DNA of 62,740 bases, filler included, from Basidiobolus ranarum (GCA_040143965.1; 42 parts of 42 records of this genome joined end to end with filler, not necessarily neighbours in it); one strand, 5' to 3'. Numbered from the whole stretch's first letter, positions 47,943 through 61,193 are shown. A program made the numbers and translations. The notes: a model not told the origin generated them from the sequence alone.

Positions 47943-49333
47943 CAACAGTTGCCAATCAACTGTGGTAAAAGTGTAAGAAAACCAATCAACACCTGGTTGC
48001 TAAGATTGGATTGAACTCTCCACTCCTCAATAATCAAAGCTGCTTCCTTTACTCTAAGTGTTATGAGTGGACTAATGCTTGCAGATAACAAAGAGTCCAT
48101 AACAAAACCATCATCATCTTCTTGATCTTCTGATATACTACCATCAGAACTGGAATAACCAAGGTCAACATCTAGCAGCAAGTCCTCAAAGTTGTCTGGA
48201 CTTACTGTTTTGACCAAAGTTACATTTCTACCTGCATCATTCTGGTCATATAACTGTGGTAGCTCCATAGTATCTTGACTTTCAGCAGTGTTACCAAAAC
48301 TTTGAGGTAAAGCACAGCCAGTGGACTCAGTGGGCAAAACTAAAGTTGATTATGTACACTTATTACTATTGATATTCACCAGGCTTTGTGCAGCAGGTGG
48401 CTTTGCACATGAACATGCTGGCAATTATTTTTTCTATGAGGCCTCTGGCTTTCATAGCACAAGATTTTGTGATAATAATAGCAGGGCTTTTTAAGTGTTT
48501 GTGTTGTGGTATTAGAAGGATATTGTGGTAACAAGAACACCTCCTATGTAAGGGTGGTATCTTAGGTATATCCCATCAATATCTTCAGCTGATTCTGAGA
48601 TGGTGTCACAGATGATTCATCAGGGGCCTTACAAGATATTGCTGGTAATGGATGGCAACTTTGGTTTATTATAAGCTGTGTCTAGGCAATTTCATTATGC
48701 CAAGTTTACCATCTGAAAATTTCAATGCTATTCAAAAAGCATTCAAAATGTATATCAAAATAGGCTTCCAAGCAAAAGCCTGCTGGCATAAAAGGAAAAA
48801 AACCAATGAGAACAGAGGACTTGATTGATGAGCAGTCTAGCAATCCACTATCCACTTTGGCATGAATTAACATGTCAGAAACTAACTCAAGTAATGATGA
48901 AGCATTAAACATTTTTTTCAGATGTGTCCCTTTCCAGCAATAGCTCAAGTGAAGAGATTGTAATCCCCCAATTATGTAGTAAATCAATAGTTGAGCAAAG
49001 TTCAACAGAAATATCATCAAGACCATCAACTTCCAAAATGCTTATTTGCCAACTGCTGAATACCCCTCTGTAGAAAATCTGGATAGAATTATTACAACAA
49101 GGGAATCTCAGGCAGAACACCATAATAACTTTTATGTGATCTTAAGTAGAAGCTACAAAGTTGGTATACAGGCCATGACAAGCAATAATGCTACAATATT
49201 GCACTTAATGCAGTGTTCTGAAGCAACTAGTCAATATTTGGAGAGTCACTCAATAATGATACAAGAACTTCAGAATGATGTACTTGAGCTATAGCAACAT
49301 GCTGCTCCCTCCATCCATTCTCATATGGGATTT
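47943..49333. mobile_element. CACTA central region: transposase N-terminus (minus) and ORF2 N-terminus (plus), divergent
   Basis: Reverse complement of 58375-59763. Confidence 0.9.
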
Positions 49334-49433
49334 NNNNNNNNNNNNNNNNNNNNNNNNNNNNNNNNNNNNNNNNNNNNTTAATTAATTAANNNNNNNNNNN
49401 NNNNNNNNNNNNNNNNNNNNNNNNNNNNNNNNN

Positions 49434-50824
49434 TGCATTGGCTCTGGATGGTTTCTCACTAAACAAATATACCATTGGAAAGGCTTGCTGGCCAATAATT
49501 TTAATCAACTTAAATCTTCCTCCTTCTGAATGGTATAAGAGTCATAATATTTTGATACTATCCATCATATCTGGACCTAAATCACCAGTGCTTATAGATA
49601 GCTTCTTGGAGCCTTTGATTGTGGAATTTGAACGGTTATCTAATGGGGTTCAGATGGGTGAATATTTTATTAAAGCTAATATCATTGTATGTATTGGTGA
49701 CACTCCTGCCATCAGTAAACTTGGAGGTTTTTGCAGGCACAATGCACTATCTTGCTGTAGATTTTGTCAAATCAATGGAGTTTACTCTAACAGGCATACA
49801 CATTACTACTATCCAAATACAACACTAAACTTCATGATTTTACCATCAAGAGCCCGGTCAGATTTCAACATGATCACTGATATCAATTCACCAAATAGTC
49901 AGTCTAACATCAAACTTGGTATTAGCCATAAGCCTAAGATTATATTGCTCAAGGGGACCAGCTGGAGCCAGAGCTTCCAATTAGCCACCATGAACTTACT
50001 ATTTAACAACATTCCTATACTACTAACTCAGCTATATAGTGGAAAATTCAATATGAATGAGCCATTCAAGATAGGATCAAAGTTTGTATTGATTGGGAAA
50101 ATGCTTGAAAACATCAAAATACCATCATATTTTACCAGGACTCCCATTGATATCCGCCCATCTAGGCATTTATTCAAATGCAAAGACTGGAAGTATTGGA
50201 TTTGTATATATTCAAATGGAATTTTGAAAAGATTTCTGCCTGATAAGTATTGGTAACATTGGGAGTTGTTTATGGATATTTTTAATATATTCTTATGGCA
50301 TCAACTCACATTGGTAGATCTCAGGCAGATAAAGCAACTGTGCAAAGATTTTATAATTGGATATGAATCACTTTATTACAGGTTTAAAGAAGATAGACTG
50401 AATCTATGCTGGTATTCAATACCTTCCCTGCTACATCTTTTCACAATGCTTAGAGATTATAGGCCCTTGCTATACATTCTGGGAGTTGCCAATGGAGTGC
50501 ACCTGTGGTGAAATGATGCTCCATGTGAAATCATCAGTATTACCATATACCAATCTGATTAACAATGTATCAGCAAAATCAGAGACGGATGTAATGCAAT
50601 GGGTTAAGGATACTCCAGAGTATATTAACCTGCCAACAAAGGGCTCTTTTCAATGTACTCACGGGTTTTTGCATTGTTTGAGCACAATTACAGCAACAAA
50701 GGCCAATCCATGGACACAAAGTAAGTACCTTTATAATTGGACTAATTTGCTGTGTGATAATCTGACAGTATTTTTAGGAAAACTGCAAGACAGACTTCTT
50801 GGTGAGATAGATGGAGATACACAG
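49434..50824 (+). mobile_element. CACTA/EnSpm Tnp2-type (Transposase_21) catalytic core, nearly intact
   Basis: LALDGF...CWPIILINLNLPP...ISGPKSP..IDSFLEPLIVE, GDTPAISKLGGF..HN...CRFC, downstream DUF4218-like HSLLHL...GP...W..PME. Confidence 0.93.
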
Positions 50825-50924
50825 NNNNNNNNNNNNNNNNNNNNNNNNNNNNNNNNNNNNNNNNNNNNTTAATTAATTAANNNNNNNNNNNNNNNNNNNN
50901 NNNNNNNNNNNNNNNNNNNNNNNN

Positions 50925-50986
50925 TGGGCCACAGTGCTGGCCACTAAGAAGAGAGCGACACTGGAAAGGAAGAGTTGAGCTTTCAT
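50925..50986 (-). CDS. Start of a secreted protein (signal peptide MKAQLFLSSVALFLVASTVA), truncated
   Basis: ATG 50986, hydrophobic core, TATAAAT ~70 bp upstream; CpG-retaining contig. Confidence 0.6.
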
Positions 50987-52415
50987 GATTGAAGTTTGGT
51001 TTGATTCGGAAAAGAAATGGTTGTTGTCTTGTAATTTGACGTGAGTACTACATATTTATAGATATTCTTATGAATATTATTTACTGGTCATAGATCGGTC
51101 TAATTATATTTTTATGATTATGCGATTCAGGACTGTTTTATGGAAATACAAAAATTCTTATTAGCAGCTTTAAGAGTATTGCACCAGGATAATCTCAGGC
51201 TTTGAATAGAAAACTCTTATTCATTGCTACAATATTTTGATGGAAGTTTCCATCGAGCACCTCTTTTGGCACTCTCCAATCTCGTTACAAGCTGGAATAG
51301 AACATGTAATCCATTGGTTAGTACCAGATCTGAAAACTGTTATTGACTCTGTTGATGAGGAATTATCAGGATAAACGATTCTGGAGCTGTGTACTTTACT
51401 TTGAGTTAGTGTTATTGGTGTGTAATCACAAACTACCTATATCGGGTAATCTCACACCAATTCAAGGTTATCATAGATGTCACATTTATTACTCTACCCC
51501 TACCGGTCCTTCTGGATATATCTGCCCCAGTCAGTTTACCTAAAAAAGAGTAAAATTAAGGCACGGTTACTTAATCGTGGACAATAAAAAACTTGGGTAA
51601 TTTACAACAAGTGAGAAGAAGCTGTAATCATTGTTGAGCAAGGTATCACATACAGATAAATTACGAGCATATTGCTGATTCTCATGTGTCTTTGTAAATT
51701 CGACTTTGCAGTGTTAAGTGGTTTGGTTCACAATTGTTTAGCGTCGTTATTAAAGTAGTAATATTTGACGCCTTAATAACAGTTGAATTCACACGAGTTG
51801 GTAATAAAGTGACGATATAGAGTGTATAAACTTAGAAAAGGGATATTAATTAATGGACTGTAAGGAGACAGATAACCCCAACAATCTGAACTTTACGTGA
51901 CTCCCTTAAATACATGCAGTTGTTGAATGAAAGCAATGATTTATGATTTTCATCAATTTACTTTCGTTAATTAATTACTACATAGTTACAATACTACTCG
52001 ATTTCTCTGAGATGGGCTAATTTGGTCATATATTATATTTTTTACATTGTAGTACCTAACTAACGTATATTAGCACTTGAAGAATTACTGTTTCAGGACT
52101 TTATTTCCATAATTCAGACGGGAAATGCTGAGGGTATTCTAATGCAAACTGGACGGAAACATTAACGAACTATTTAGTGCTTGAGATAATAGTAATTCAT
52201 AATACTGAGCTGCATATGCAGAGTCCTAAAATCACTCCGCTTAAGCCAAATGAAGTTAGAGTGGAGGCAGAATTTGGTGAATTAGTAGTAGGCTTGGACC
52301 CATTGGCTGCACTGGNNNNNNNNNNNNNNNNNNNNNNNNNNNNNNNNNNNNNNNNNNNNTTAATTAATTAANNNNNNNNNNNNNNNNNNNNNNNNNNNNN
52401 NNNNNNNNNNNNNNN

Positions 52416-53805
52416 CCACTTTTGTTACCTCATGTGTTGAAAGGCTTGATGGAGTACATTACAATTTCTGGCAGTTCAAGATGCAAATCATGCTGGAAGA
52501 TAAGGAGCTTTGGGATGTAGTCTCTGGAGATAAAAAGGAACCTCCTGACCCTTCTTTATTGGAAGCTTACAAGAAAAGAGACAAGAAGGCCTTTAATGTC
52601 ATTTGTCAAAGTTTGAAGCTTTCACAACTTGTCAATATTCAATATGCAACAACCTCCCATCAAGCTTGGAATATATTGGAAGAGTGTTATGAAGCAAGCA
52701 GTTTTGCTAATAGACTCTTTCTCAGACAAAGATTCCTCATTATAAAGGTGGAAAAGTCTGCAAGCATGGTTACTCATATTGCAAATGTGAGATCTTTGGC
52801 AAAACAACTGGAAAATATTGGTGCAACTTTACAAGAAGAAGATGTAATTATGACTGTTCTAAGTAGTCTACCAGAAAAGTATTCAAACTTAGTCACAGCT
52901 TTGGAAGCAAGATCTGACAAGTTGTGTTTGGAGTTTGTGGTTGCAAGGCTAATGGATCAACACCTCAGAAGTAAGAACTTGGAAAAAGAATCTGAGGAAG
53001 TAGCTCTTTTTGGAGCTGTAAAATGTAGCTTTGGCAAGCACAAAGGTTACTAAAGAAGGAAGCCAGGCTTATGCTATGGTTGTAACAAACCAGGTCACCA
53101 GTTAAAAGAATACAAATCAAGAAGTTACAACAAAAATGAGAAGTCAGAACAAGCAAATCAGGTTTAAACTAAAGAGGAAGTTTTAATAATATCTGCCCTA
53201 TCAGTGACCTCTGAACAAGACTGTAGGTTTTGGTATATTGATACTGGAGCCTCTCTACATTTCTCAAATCAAAAAAACTGGTTTAAGACACTCAAAACTG
53301 ACATAAATAAGGAGGTCTATATATGAGATGAACAGCCACCATAAGCTCAGGGAGTGGGAGAAGTTGTAGTGGATCTTGGAGGCATCTCTGGGGACATGCA
53401 TTTGACACTGAAAAATGTGCTACAGGTGCCCAGGATAGCAAAATATTTGTTATCAGTGAGTAAAGCTACATCTGAGGGATATATCCTTAATTTTAATCAA
53501 AATGGCTGTGCAATCAGGGATTGAAAAGGGAAATATGTAGCTTCTAGAGCGAAGCAAAATAACTTGTATAAACTGCATTATATTAGGCCTTATATGTACA
53601 AGTTAATACCGCCACAGCTGAAGAGATAGACTGGAAAATCTGGTGTAGGAGATTAGGTCATCTAGGAGCTGAAAATATGAGAAGTTTAATCAACAGCACA
53701 ATGTTTTTGGGACTAGGTTTTGTATTTCCACCGGATCTAGAGCTATGTGAAGGTTGCCTATATGGTAGGCAACACAGACAGCCATTTGTGGGCTCTAGAA
53801 TGAGC
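52416..53805 (+). mobile_element. Ty1/Copia gag-protease-GAG-pre-integrase
   Basis: 190-aa gag ORF 52481-53053, CYGCNKPGH, WYIDTGAS, RRLGHL...CEGC. Confidence 0.94.
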
Positions 53806-53906
53806 NNNNNNNNNNNNNNNNNNNNNNNNNNNNNNNNNNNNNNNNNNNNTTAATTAATTAANNNNNNNNNNNNNNNNNNNNNNNNNNNNNNNNNNNNNNN
53901 NNNNNC

Positions 53907-54068
53907 ATGAATGCTTGGATGAACTCACCCGAACATCGCAGAAATATCCTAAACCCAATCTTCACTCAAACTGGTATGGCGTATGACCCTCAAGGAAGCT
54001 ATTGGACTCAGGATTTCGGCCGCCCTATGACTTTACGAAGACGGTCAGCTAGAGTCTCCAGAAAGTAA
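53907..54068 (+). CDS. CAP/SCP-domain protein C-terminus, bacterial YkwD-like subtype (5' truncated; not in ORF track)
   Basis: AWMNSPEHRRNILNP.FTQTGMA....YWTQDFG followed by a basic tail and TAA. Confidence 0.88.
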   Translation: MNAWMNSPEHRRNILNPIFTQTGMAYDPQGSYWTQDFGRPMTLRRRSARVSRK

Positions 54069-55395
54069 TGATTGATTAGAATAGATGTAAAGTAATAGAT
54101 GAGATGTATGTATTAACAATATTATATTCCACGTAATAAATTATACCCACAATTAAGTATCAATTTTGTTAGTGGTAGTTTCCATTTATCATATCTTGAA
54201 AACTTCCATACAGTAGCTGAACACTAAATATAGATGCAACAATATATTACCTGTATAATGTGGGCAATTCAATACTATACAAAGTCAAACGTGGAGATTC
54301 TTGAAAGTGCATTCTGGATATGTACTCTCGCAGTGAACTATTTATAAGTATTTCAGATCACAACTATATACAAATCTCTATATATACGTTCTATGATGTA
54401 AATGAAACGTATGTTTGTGCTTCTTTCAGTTTTTGTCTATTCAGAGGTTGCCTGCGAGATTAGTGGCAGTTAAATACTAATTTTTGACACTTTACCGACT
54501 ATCTGATATAGCCATATACCATATATTACAAATACCGATGGGTAAGAACCTGATAATTAAGAATACCTGAGTTGTAGAAGCTGTGGCAATAACCATAGAC
54601 GCTGCTTTGAGCACAATTCTTTCATATACATTGTGTTGGTAATGTGATTATGATTAACATATCCACGCTATATGGATCATAATTTAGGGTTTGTTGCTAT
54701 GATAAAATTAACAACATTATTTATCCTCACTTTCGTTACTGTTCTAAACCTCGCCCATTTGACATAGTCAAGTGCCTCAAAGAATTCACTCTGACTTGAT
54801 CTAACCATCATGGCATTTATGAAGGTAATTCTGCCCAAACCGTCACCCACCATGTCACTCTGTTTTCTCACCGTTCTGTAAATTATAGGATGAGCTATAC
54901 TATACCTATTGGCTGGTATGGTTGAGGTACTGAACAGTAGAGTTGAATCTCATTCTTGTCGGCGGGTTCGTTACTTATTATAGCTTGAGGGGTTTGTTAA
55001 ATCAGATTTACTTTAGTTTCTTCGTATATTTTCTGAGGTTTTCCTAGTCATTAAAGACAGAGATAGTGAATAATTAATGATTGCTAATGGAAAACAACCT
55101 TTAATAAAAAGTCTTAATTACACTACTTGCTTCATCTTGATCCTCTTCTATCTACAACTTTTCTAAAACAATGTCTGCGAGCACGGTGGCGTCAAAACGA
55201 GAATTAAATTGTTGTAAAATTTCACGTACTTTTGCTTCCCACGGAAATAACTCTTACCATATCTCGCTACCGTCATAGACTCTAAGTGTCTGTAGNNNNN
55301 NNNNNNNNNNNNNNNNNNNNNNNNNNNNNNNNNNNNNNNTTAATTAATTAANNNNNNNNNNNNNNNNNNNNNNNNNNNNNNNNNNNNNNNNNNNN

Positions 55396-56081
55396 ACAGG
55401 CCCAAAAGCAACCAAAAGCTATTCTATTCTGGCAAGTACAAAGCCTACTGTGTAAAGTTCCAGGCTTTGACAGATTTGGAAGGAAACATCATTTGGTTTA
55501 GTGGGCAACATCCAGGGAGACACCATGACAAAAGGTTTTGGGTTGAGGGGTATGCACCATTTGTAAGATGTGAGAAGACTATAGCTGATTTGGTATATGA
55601 TGGGGAAGAATGCAGAAGGCTAGGATATGTCACTGCTAACAAGAGGCCCAGAGGAGGGATACTCACAGAGAGGCAACAGCTCTATAATGACATTTTTCCC
55701 CATTTTAGAGCAAGAGTAGAACATAGCTTTGGTTTCCTAAAGATATATAGCATTGTAGCAGGAAAGTATAGAGGAAAGTCATGTTGTGGGCCTCAATCAA
55801 AGTTAGGAAAAGTAGTCAAAATCTTGATTAATTCTCAACACATTCATACTCACAGATATCCATTGAGAGCTCTAGACTTAAGACACTATGAATGAAGCTT
55901 TCATCATCTTTTGAATGTGCAATAATGTCTAAAAGTACTTTTCATAAATATACCACATAGGTAAAAAAAACTGTTTCCAAAGTGGTAAATAACACCATGC
56001 CAGATAGTGCCCAATCAAGCCAATTTGTGCTGGCATGCTTTTTAGCTGGCCTGATCTGGCTCAATAAAATGGAATAAGTCT
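55396..56081 (+). mobile_element. PIF/Harbinger-ISL2EU-type DDE_Tnp_4 transposase C-terminal half (open to TGA at 55895) and 3' TIR
   Basis: YYSGKYK..CVKFQ, PGRHHD, IADLVY, RARVEHSFGFLK; ends ATGGAATAAGTCT. Confidence 0.9.
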
Positions 56082-56557
56082 ATTAGATTATGTCATCATA
56101 TCTGCTATGCCATTCTTTCTTGGCAATCCTGTTTTAGTTCATCTGGACTACCTTATATGGAAGTCATGTTCTCTGGAACATTCCATGAAACCTAACCAAT
56201 CATGATATCCCAGTCATAGTGTTTTTCTGTCAAAACCTTTGATGGAGGGTCACCTGGTCATCCTTGCATCATCCCTTTTTGTATTGGTCCTTGTAGTCCC
56301 CAACACCCTGATTCTTGAACTTGCCATAATACATTCCTTATTCAGTATATTATGTTCCACCTTGCAGTATCTAGATAAGCCCCATATATTCCTTGATCAG
56401 ACTGAGGTCTGATCAATGCCAGTTATCAATAAAGATTCTTGCCAAAGTATCTTCCTTGCCCAGTCTTGTCTTGTCTTGTGGTCTACACCCAAGTATTCTC
56501 CTGCCTTCTAACCTCCTGTCATTGTTCCCACTCCTTGTCCAGTTCCTTATTGTGACA
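56082..56557 (+). repeat. Gypsy LTR family D (5' truncated), followed by CACTA transposase N-terminal fragment 56558-56785
   Basis: Ends TGTGACA; matches the other LTR D copies. Confidence 0.87.
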
Positions 56558-56885
56558 GTAATAAGTACACTAAATCAACTTTAGTTTTGACCATTGAGTC
56601 CACTAACTGTAGTTGGCCTTAAAGTTTTGGGAACACAGCCAAAAGTCAAGATATTATAAAGTTAGCTCAGTTATATGACCAGAATCATGTAGGTCAAAAT
56701 GCAACTTTGGCTGAAGCAGTAAGTCCTGACAACTTTAAGACTTGCTGCTAGATGTTGACCTTGCTTATTCCAGTACCATTAGTAGNNNNNNNNNNNNNNN
56801 NNNNNNNNNNNNNNNNNNNNNNNNNNNNNTTAATTAATTAANNNNNNNNNNNNNNNNNNNNNNNNNNNNNNNNNNNNNNNNNNNN

Positions 56886-57306
56886 GTTCATCCAGATTAC
56901 CTGATATGGAAGTCATGTTCTGTAGAACATTCCGTGAAACTTAACCAATCATGTCATCCCACACATAGTGTATTTCTGCCAAGACCTTCTATGGAATGTC
57001 ACCTGATCATCCTTACATCATCCCTCTTTGCATTAGTCCTTGTAGTCCCTAACACCTCAACTCTCAAACTTACCACAATTTATTCCCTATTCAGTATGTT
57101 ATGTTTCACCTTGCTATATCTATATAAGCCCCATGTATTCCTTGATCAGACCTCAGTCTGATCAATGGCAGTTATTAATAAAGATTCTTGCCAAAGTGTC
57201 TTCCTTGTCCAGTCTTGTCTTGTCATGTGGTCTACACCCAAGTACTCTCCTGCCTTCTAGCCTCTTGTCGTTGTTTCCAGTCCTTGTCCAGTTCCTTATT
57301 GTGACA
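56886..57306 (+). repeat. Gypsy LTR family D
   Basis: Matches 56136-56557. Confidence 0.88.
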
Positions 57307-58200
57307 CTTATTTTCAGTGTCACATAGCCTGTACCCTTTTGTTCAATCACAATATCTCGAAAAAAATACATTGATGGCTTGTTTGGTCTCATTTTGATCT
57401 CTTCTGGTCTGGAATTATTGCATATGTGGTACTTCCAAAAACTCTGAGATTAGCCACATCAGGTTTACTTCCAAACCAAACTTGATAAGATGTCTAGCAA
57501 ATAGAGACCTAGAAGGACATCTATCCCTAATATACACTGCAGTTGCAATCATTTCAGCCCAGAACTGTGTTGGTAAAACTTGATCATGAAGCATTGATCT
57601 TGCCTTTGCCATTATTGATCTGTTTCCAAGTTCTGCTACTCCATTCTGCTGTGGAGAGTATGGTACCATAGTCTGCTGTTTTATCCCATATGTTGAGCAG
57701 AAGTTGGAGAAGAGTTTTGAGGTGAATTCCCCTCCATTAGCAGTATGGATTATCTTAATCTTTAGACCTTTTTCAGTCTCCACAATGGCTTTGAATTTCT
57801 TGAAGGTATCAAAGGCTTCATCCTTACTGGCCAGAAAGTACACCCAAGTATACTTTGTCTAATCATCAATAAAGGTTGTAAAATACCTCTTTCTACCTAA
57901 GGATTTTGCCTGCATTGGGCCACACAGATCTGAGTGTATCAGGCCCAATTTATGATCAATTTTGCTCATTCCAGAGCCCACAAATGGCTGTCTGTGTTGC
58001 CTACCATATAGGCAACCATCACATAGCTCCAGATTTGGTGGAATTAAAGAATTCAGTCACAAAACCATCTTGTTTTTGATTAAATTTCTCATATTTTCAG
58101 CTCCTATATGACCCAATCTCCTATGTCAGATTTTCCAGTCTATCTCCTCAGCTGTGGTAGTATCAACTTGTTCATATATTGGCCTAATATAATGAAGTTT
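57307..58200 (-). mobile_element. Ty1/Copia integrase
   Basis: IHSDLCGPM, HTANGGEF, PYSPQQNGVAE, FWAEMIATAVY. Confidence 0.93.
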
Positions 58201-58374
58201 ATATGGTCTGTCTCTGACAGTATATATACGCATTCCTGCTTCCTATTCTTGTCTACTCCTCAAACTTCCATTCTNNNNNNNNNNNNNNNNNNNNNNNNNN
58301 NNNNNNNNNNNNNNNNNNTTAATTAATTAANNNNNNNNNNNNNNNNNNNNNNNNNNNNNNNNNNNNNNNNNNNN

Positions 58375-59763
58375 AATCCCATATGAGAATGGATGGAGGG
58401 AGCAGCATGTTGCTGTAGCTCAAGTACAGCATTCTGAAGGTCTTGTATCATTGTTGAGTGACTCTCTAACTATTGACTAGTTGCTTCCAAATGCTGCATT
58501 AATTGCAATATTGTGGCATTATTGCTTGTCATGGCCTGTATAGCAACTTCGTAGTTTTTACTTATGATTGCATACAAATCATTACAGTGTTCTGCCTGCA
58601 ATTCCCTTGTTGCAATAATTCTATCCAAATTTTCTACAGAGAGTTGTTCAATAGCGGGCAAGGTAGCCATTTTGGAAGTTGATGGTCTTGATGGTGTTTT
58701 AGTCAAACATTGCTCAACTATTGATATACTACATAATTGGGGGATTACAATTTCTTCACTTGAACTATTGCTGGAATGGAACACATCTGGTAAATTGATT
58801 AATGGTTCATCATTTCTTGAGCTAGTTTCTGGCATGTTAATACCTTCCAAAGTGGATAGTGGATTGCTAGATCACTCATCAATCAAGTCCTCTGTTCTTG
58901 CGGGTTTTTTTTCTTCTGTGCCAGCAGGCTTTGGCTTCAAGCCAATTTTGATTTAGATTTTGAATGCTTTTGGATGGCATTGAAATTTTCAGATGTAAAC
59001 TTGGTGAAATGAAATTGCTTAGAAACAGCTTAAATAAACTAAAATTGCAATCCATTACCGGAAATATCTTGTAAATCCCCAGCTGACTCATCTGTGACAC
59101 CATCTCAGAATCAGCTGATGATATTGATGGGCTATACCTAAAATGTCACCCTTACATAGGAGGTGTTCTTTTTTCAACAATATCCTTCTCATGCCACAAC
59201 ACAAATATTTAAAGAAGCCCAGTTATTATTGTCACAAATTTATGTGCTATGAAAGCTGGAGGCTTCATAAAAAAAATAATCACAAGCACAGTCACTGTCC
59301 AAAGCCACCAGCTGCACAAAGCCTGGTGTATGACAATAGTAGTAAGTGCACTAAATTGAGTTTAGTTTTTCCCATTGAGTCCTCTGATTGTAGTTTGCCT
59401 CAAAGTTTTGGTAACATTGCCAAAAGTCAAGATACCATGGAGTTACCACAGTTATATGACCAGAATGATGTAGGTCTAAATGCACCTATGGTTGAGCCAG
59501 TAAGTCCAGACAACTTTGAGGACTTGCTGCTAGATGTTGACCTTGTTTATTCCAGTACTAATGGTAGTATATCAGAAGTTGAAGAAGAAGACAACAGATT
59601 TGTTACAGACTCTTTGTTATTGGCAAACATTAGTCCACTCATAATACTTACTATAAAGGAAGCAGCTTTGATTATTGAGGAGTGGAGAGTTCAATCCAAT
59701 CTTAGCAACCAGATGTTCATTAGTTTTGTAAACTTTTATCACAGTTGATTGGCAACTGTTGCT
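58375..59763. mobile_element. CACTA central region: ORF2 (minus, ATG 58980) and transposase (plus, likely ATG 59191) head-to-head
   Basis: Same layout in three independent contigs; N-terminal CxxC...H...H motif in the transposase. Confidence 0.9.
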
Positions 59764-59863
59764 NNNNNNNNNNNNNNNNNNNNNNNNNNNNNNNNNNNNN
59801 NNNNNNNTTAATTAATTAANNNNNNNNNNNNNNNNNNNNNNNNNNNNNNNNNNNNNNNNNNNN

Positions 59864-61004
59864 CTGCTTTTTGTCGGATTAAGTGCTTCTAGATCATTTG
59901 TGGCTATGACTAAGTCATCCTCATATAGTGCCAAGATAAGCATCCTATTTCTGGTTGTTTTGATGTAAATACTGCAATCTGCTATGCATGTTTGAAATTC
60001 TAGTGATTCCAAATAGGTGTCTATCTGGTTGTACCATGCCCTGGGTGCTTGCTTAAGGTCATATAGGGATTTTGCAGGTTACAGACCATAGCAGGATGTA
60101 TTGGGTCAACAAATCCATCTGGTTGCTCAATATAGATCTCTTCTTCTAGAATTTCATTCAAAAAGGCTGTTTTGATATTGATTTGATGTAAATAAAGGTA
60201 ATGGACAGCTGAGAGTGCCAGGATTGATCTAATGGAGCTAAACCTAGCTACAGGAGCAAAGGTTTTGTTAAATGCAACTCCTGGACCTTGGGAATAACCT
60301 TTTGCAAATAAAACTGCTTTGTACCAGTCTACGGTTCCATGGGCTTAGATACCTACTTTGGAGACCCATTCACAACCTATTGGCTCTCTCCCTGATGGTA
60401 GCGGACTAAAAACCCTTGTTTCATTGGCCTGAAGTGAAGAAAATCACAGAACAATGCTTTTTCCCATCATTTGGATAATAGACCCTCCAGAGCTTGATCT
60501 AGAGTCTGTGGCTTGTCACAGAGTGCAGTATAAGCATGTACATTGTCATTGGAAGTGTGCTACCAGTTGCCTGGCTTATTTCTCCTTCTGGATGATCTTG
60601 TGGTTCCTGAATAACCGGATGTCATAGGGGCTGGAATTGTGGTTGAATTGGGTGCAGATACAGCTGGAATTTTGCCACACACTTCCTTAATTTTGTTGGT
60701 GGTTTTTCTGGATCAAGAACTGTGATTTAAGGTGAAAACTTTCTTTTTCCAGAAAAAAAACATTTCTGCACTTGATTAACTTAAAATATTTTGAATGAAA
60801 CAGTTTGTGGGCCTTTGATCAATCACAGCAACCAGGGGATTTGCATCTACTGTTTTTGGGTTTGAATTTATAGCATTTTTGAGCTGGAATTTGGCAATAT
60901 GCTGTGTAAGCAAAGATCCTGACATAATCCATACTTGGTCTTAATCCATTCAGGGCTCAAATGCAGTAGAATCTTGTAGTGATAATTTCAGGCATCTGCT
61001 CTCA
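59864..61004 (-). mobile_element. Ty1/Copia reverse transcriptase, degenerate
   Basis: [32 protein letters not shown]. Confidence 0.9.
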
Positions 61005-61193
61005 CCCTAACAGAAATTTGAGGATTGTTATTGTAGGAAAACCATCATAATTTTAATTCATTTTGGATTGACTGTTTACTTGCCATCATAAAATTGTCAA
61101 GTTAGATTTGATTTTTACCGGATTTTTCAGTTTTAGGAGTGAAATTTTGAGATCTTGCAAAAAAATTGCACACAAATAGCTACAATCTCAGAG
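61005..61193 (+). mobile_element. CACTA left end with TIR, interrupted at ~61193
   Basis: CCCTAACAGAAATTTGAGG at 61005. Confidence 0.9.

Noticed and set aside
54677-54871. 64-aa ORF MRKQSDMVGDGLGRITF...
   Set aside because: Non-ATG start and no family I can recognise; might be an exon or pseudo-exon but unsupported.
56393-57392. Short ORFs in the repeated CTTGTCTTGTC-rich segment
   Set aside because: They lie inside Gypsy LTR family D, which is non-coding.
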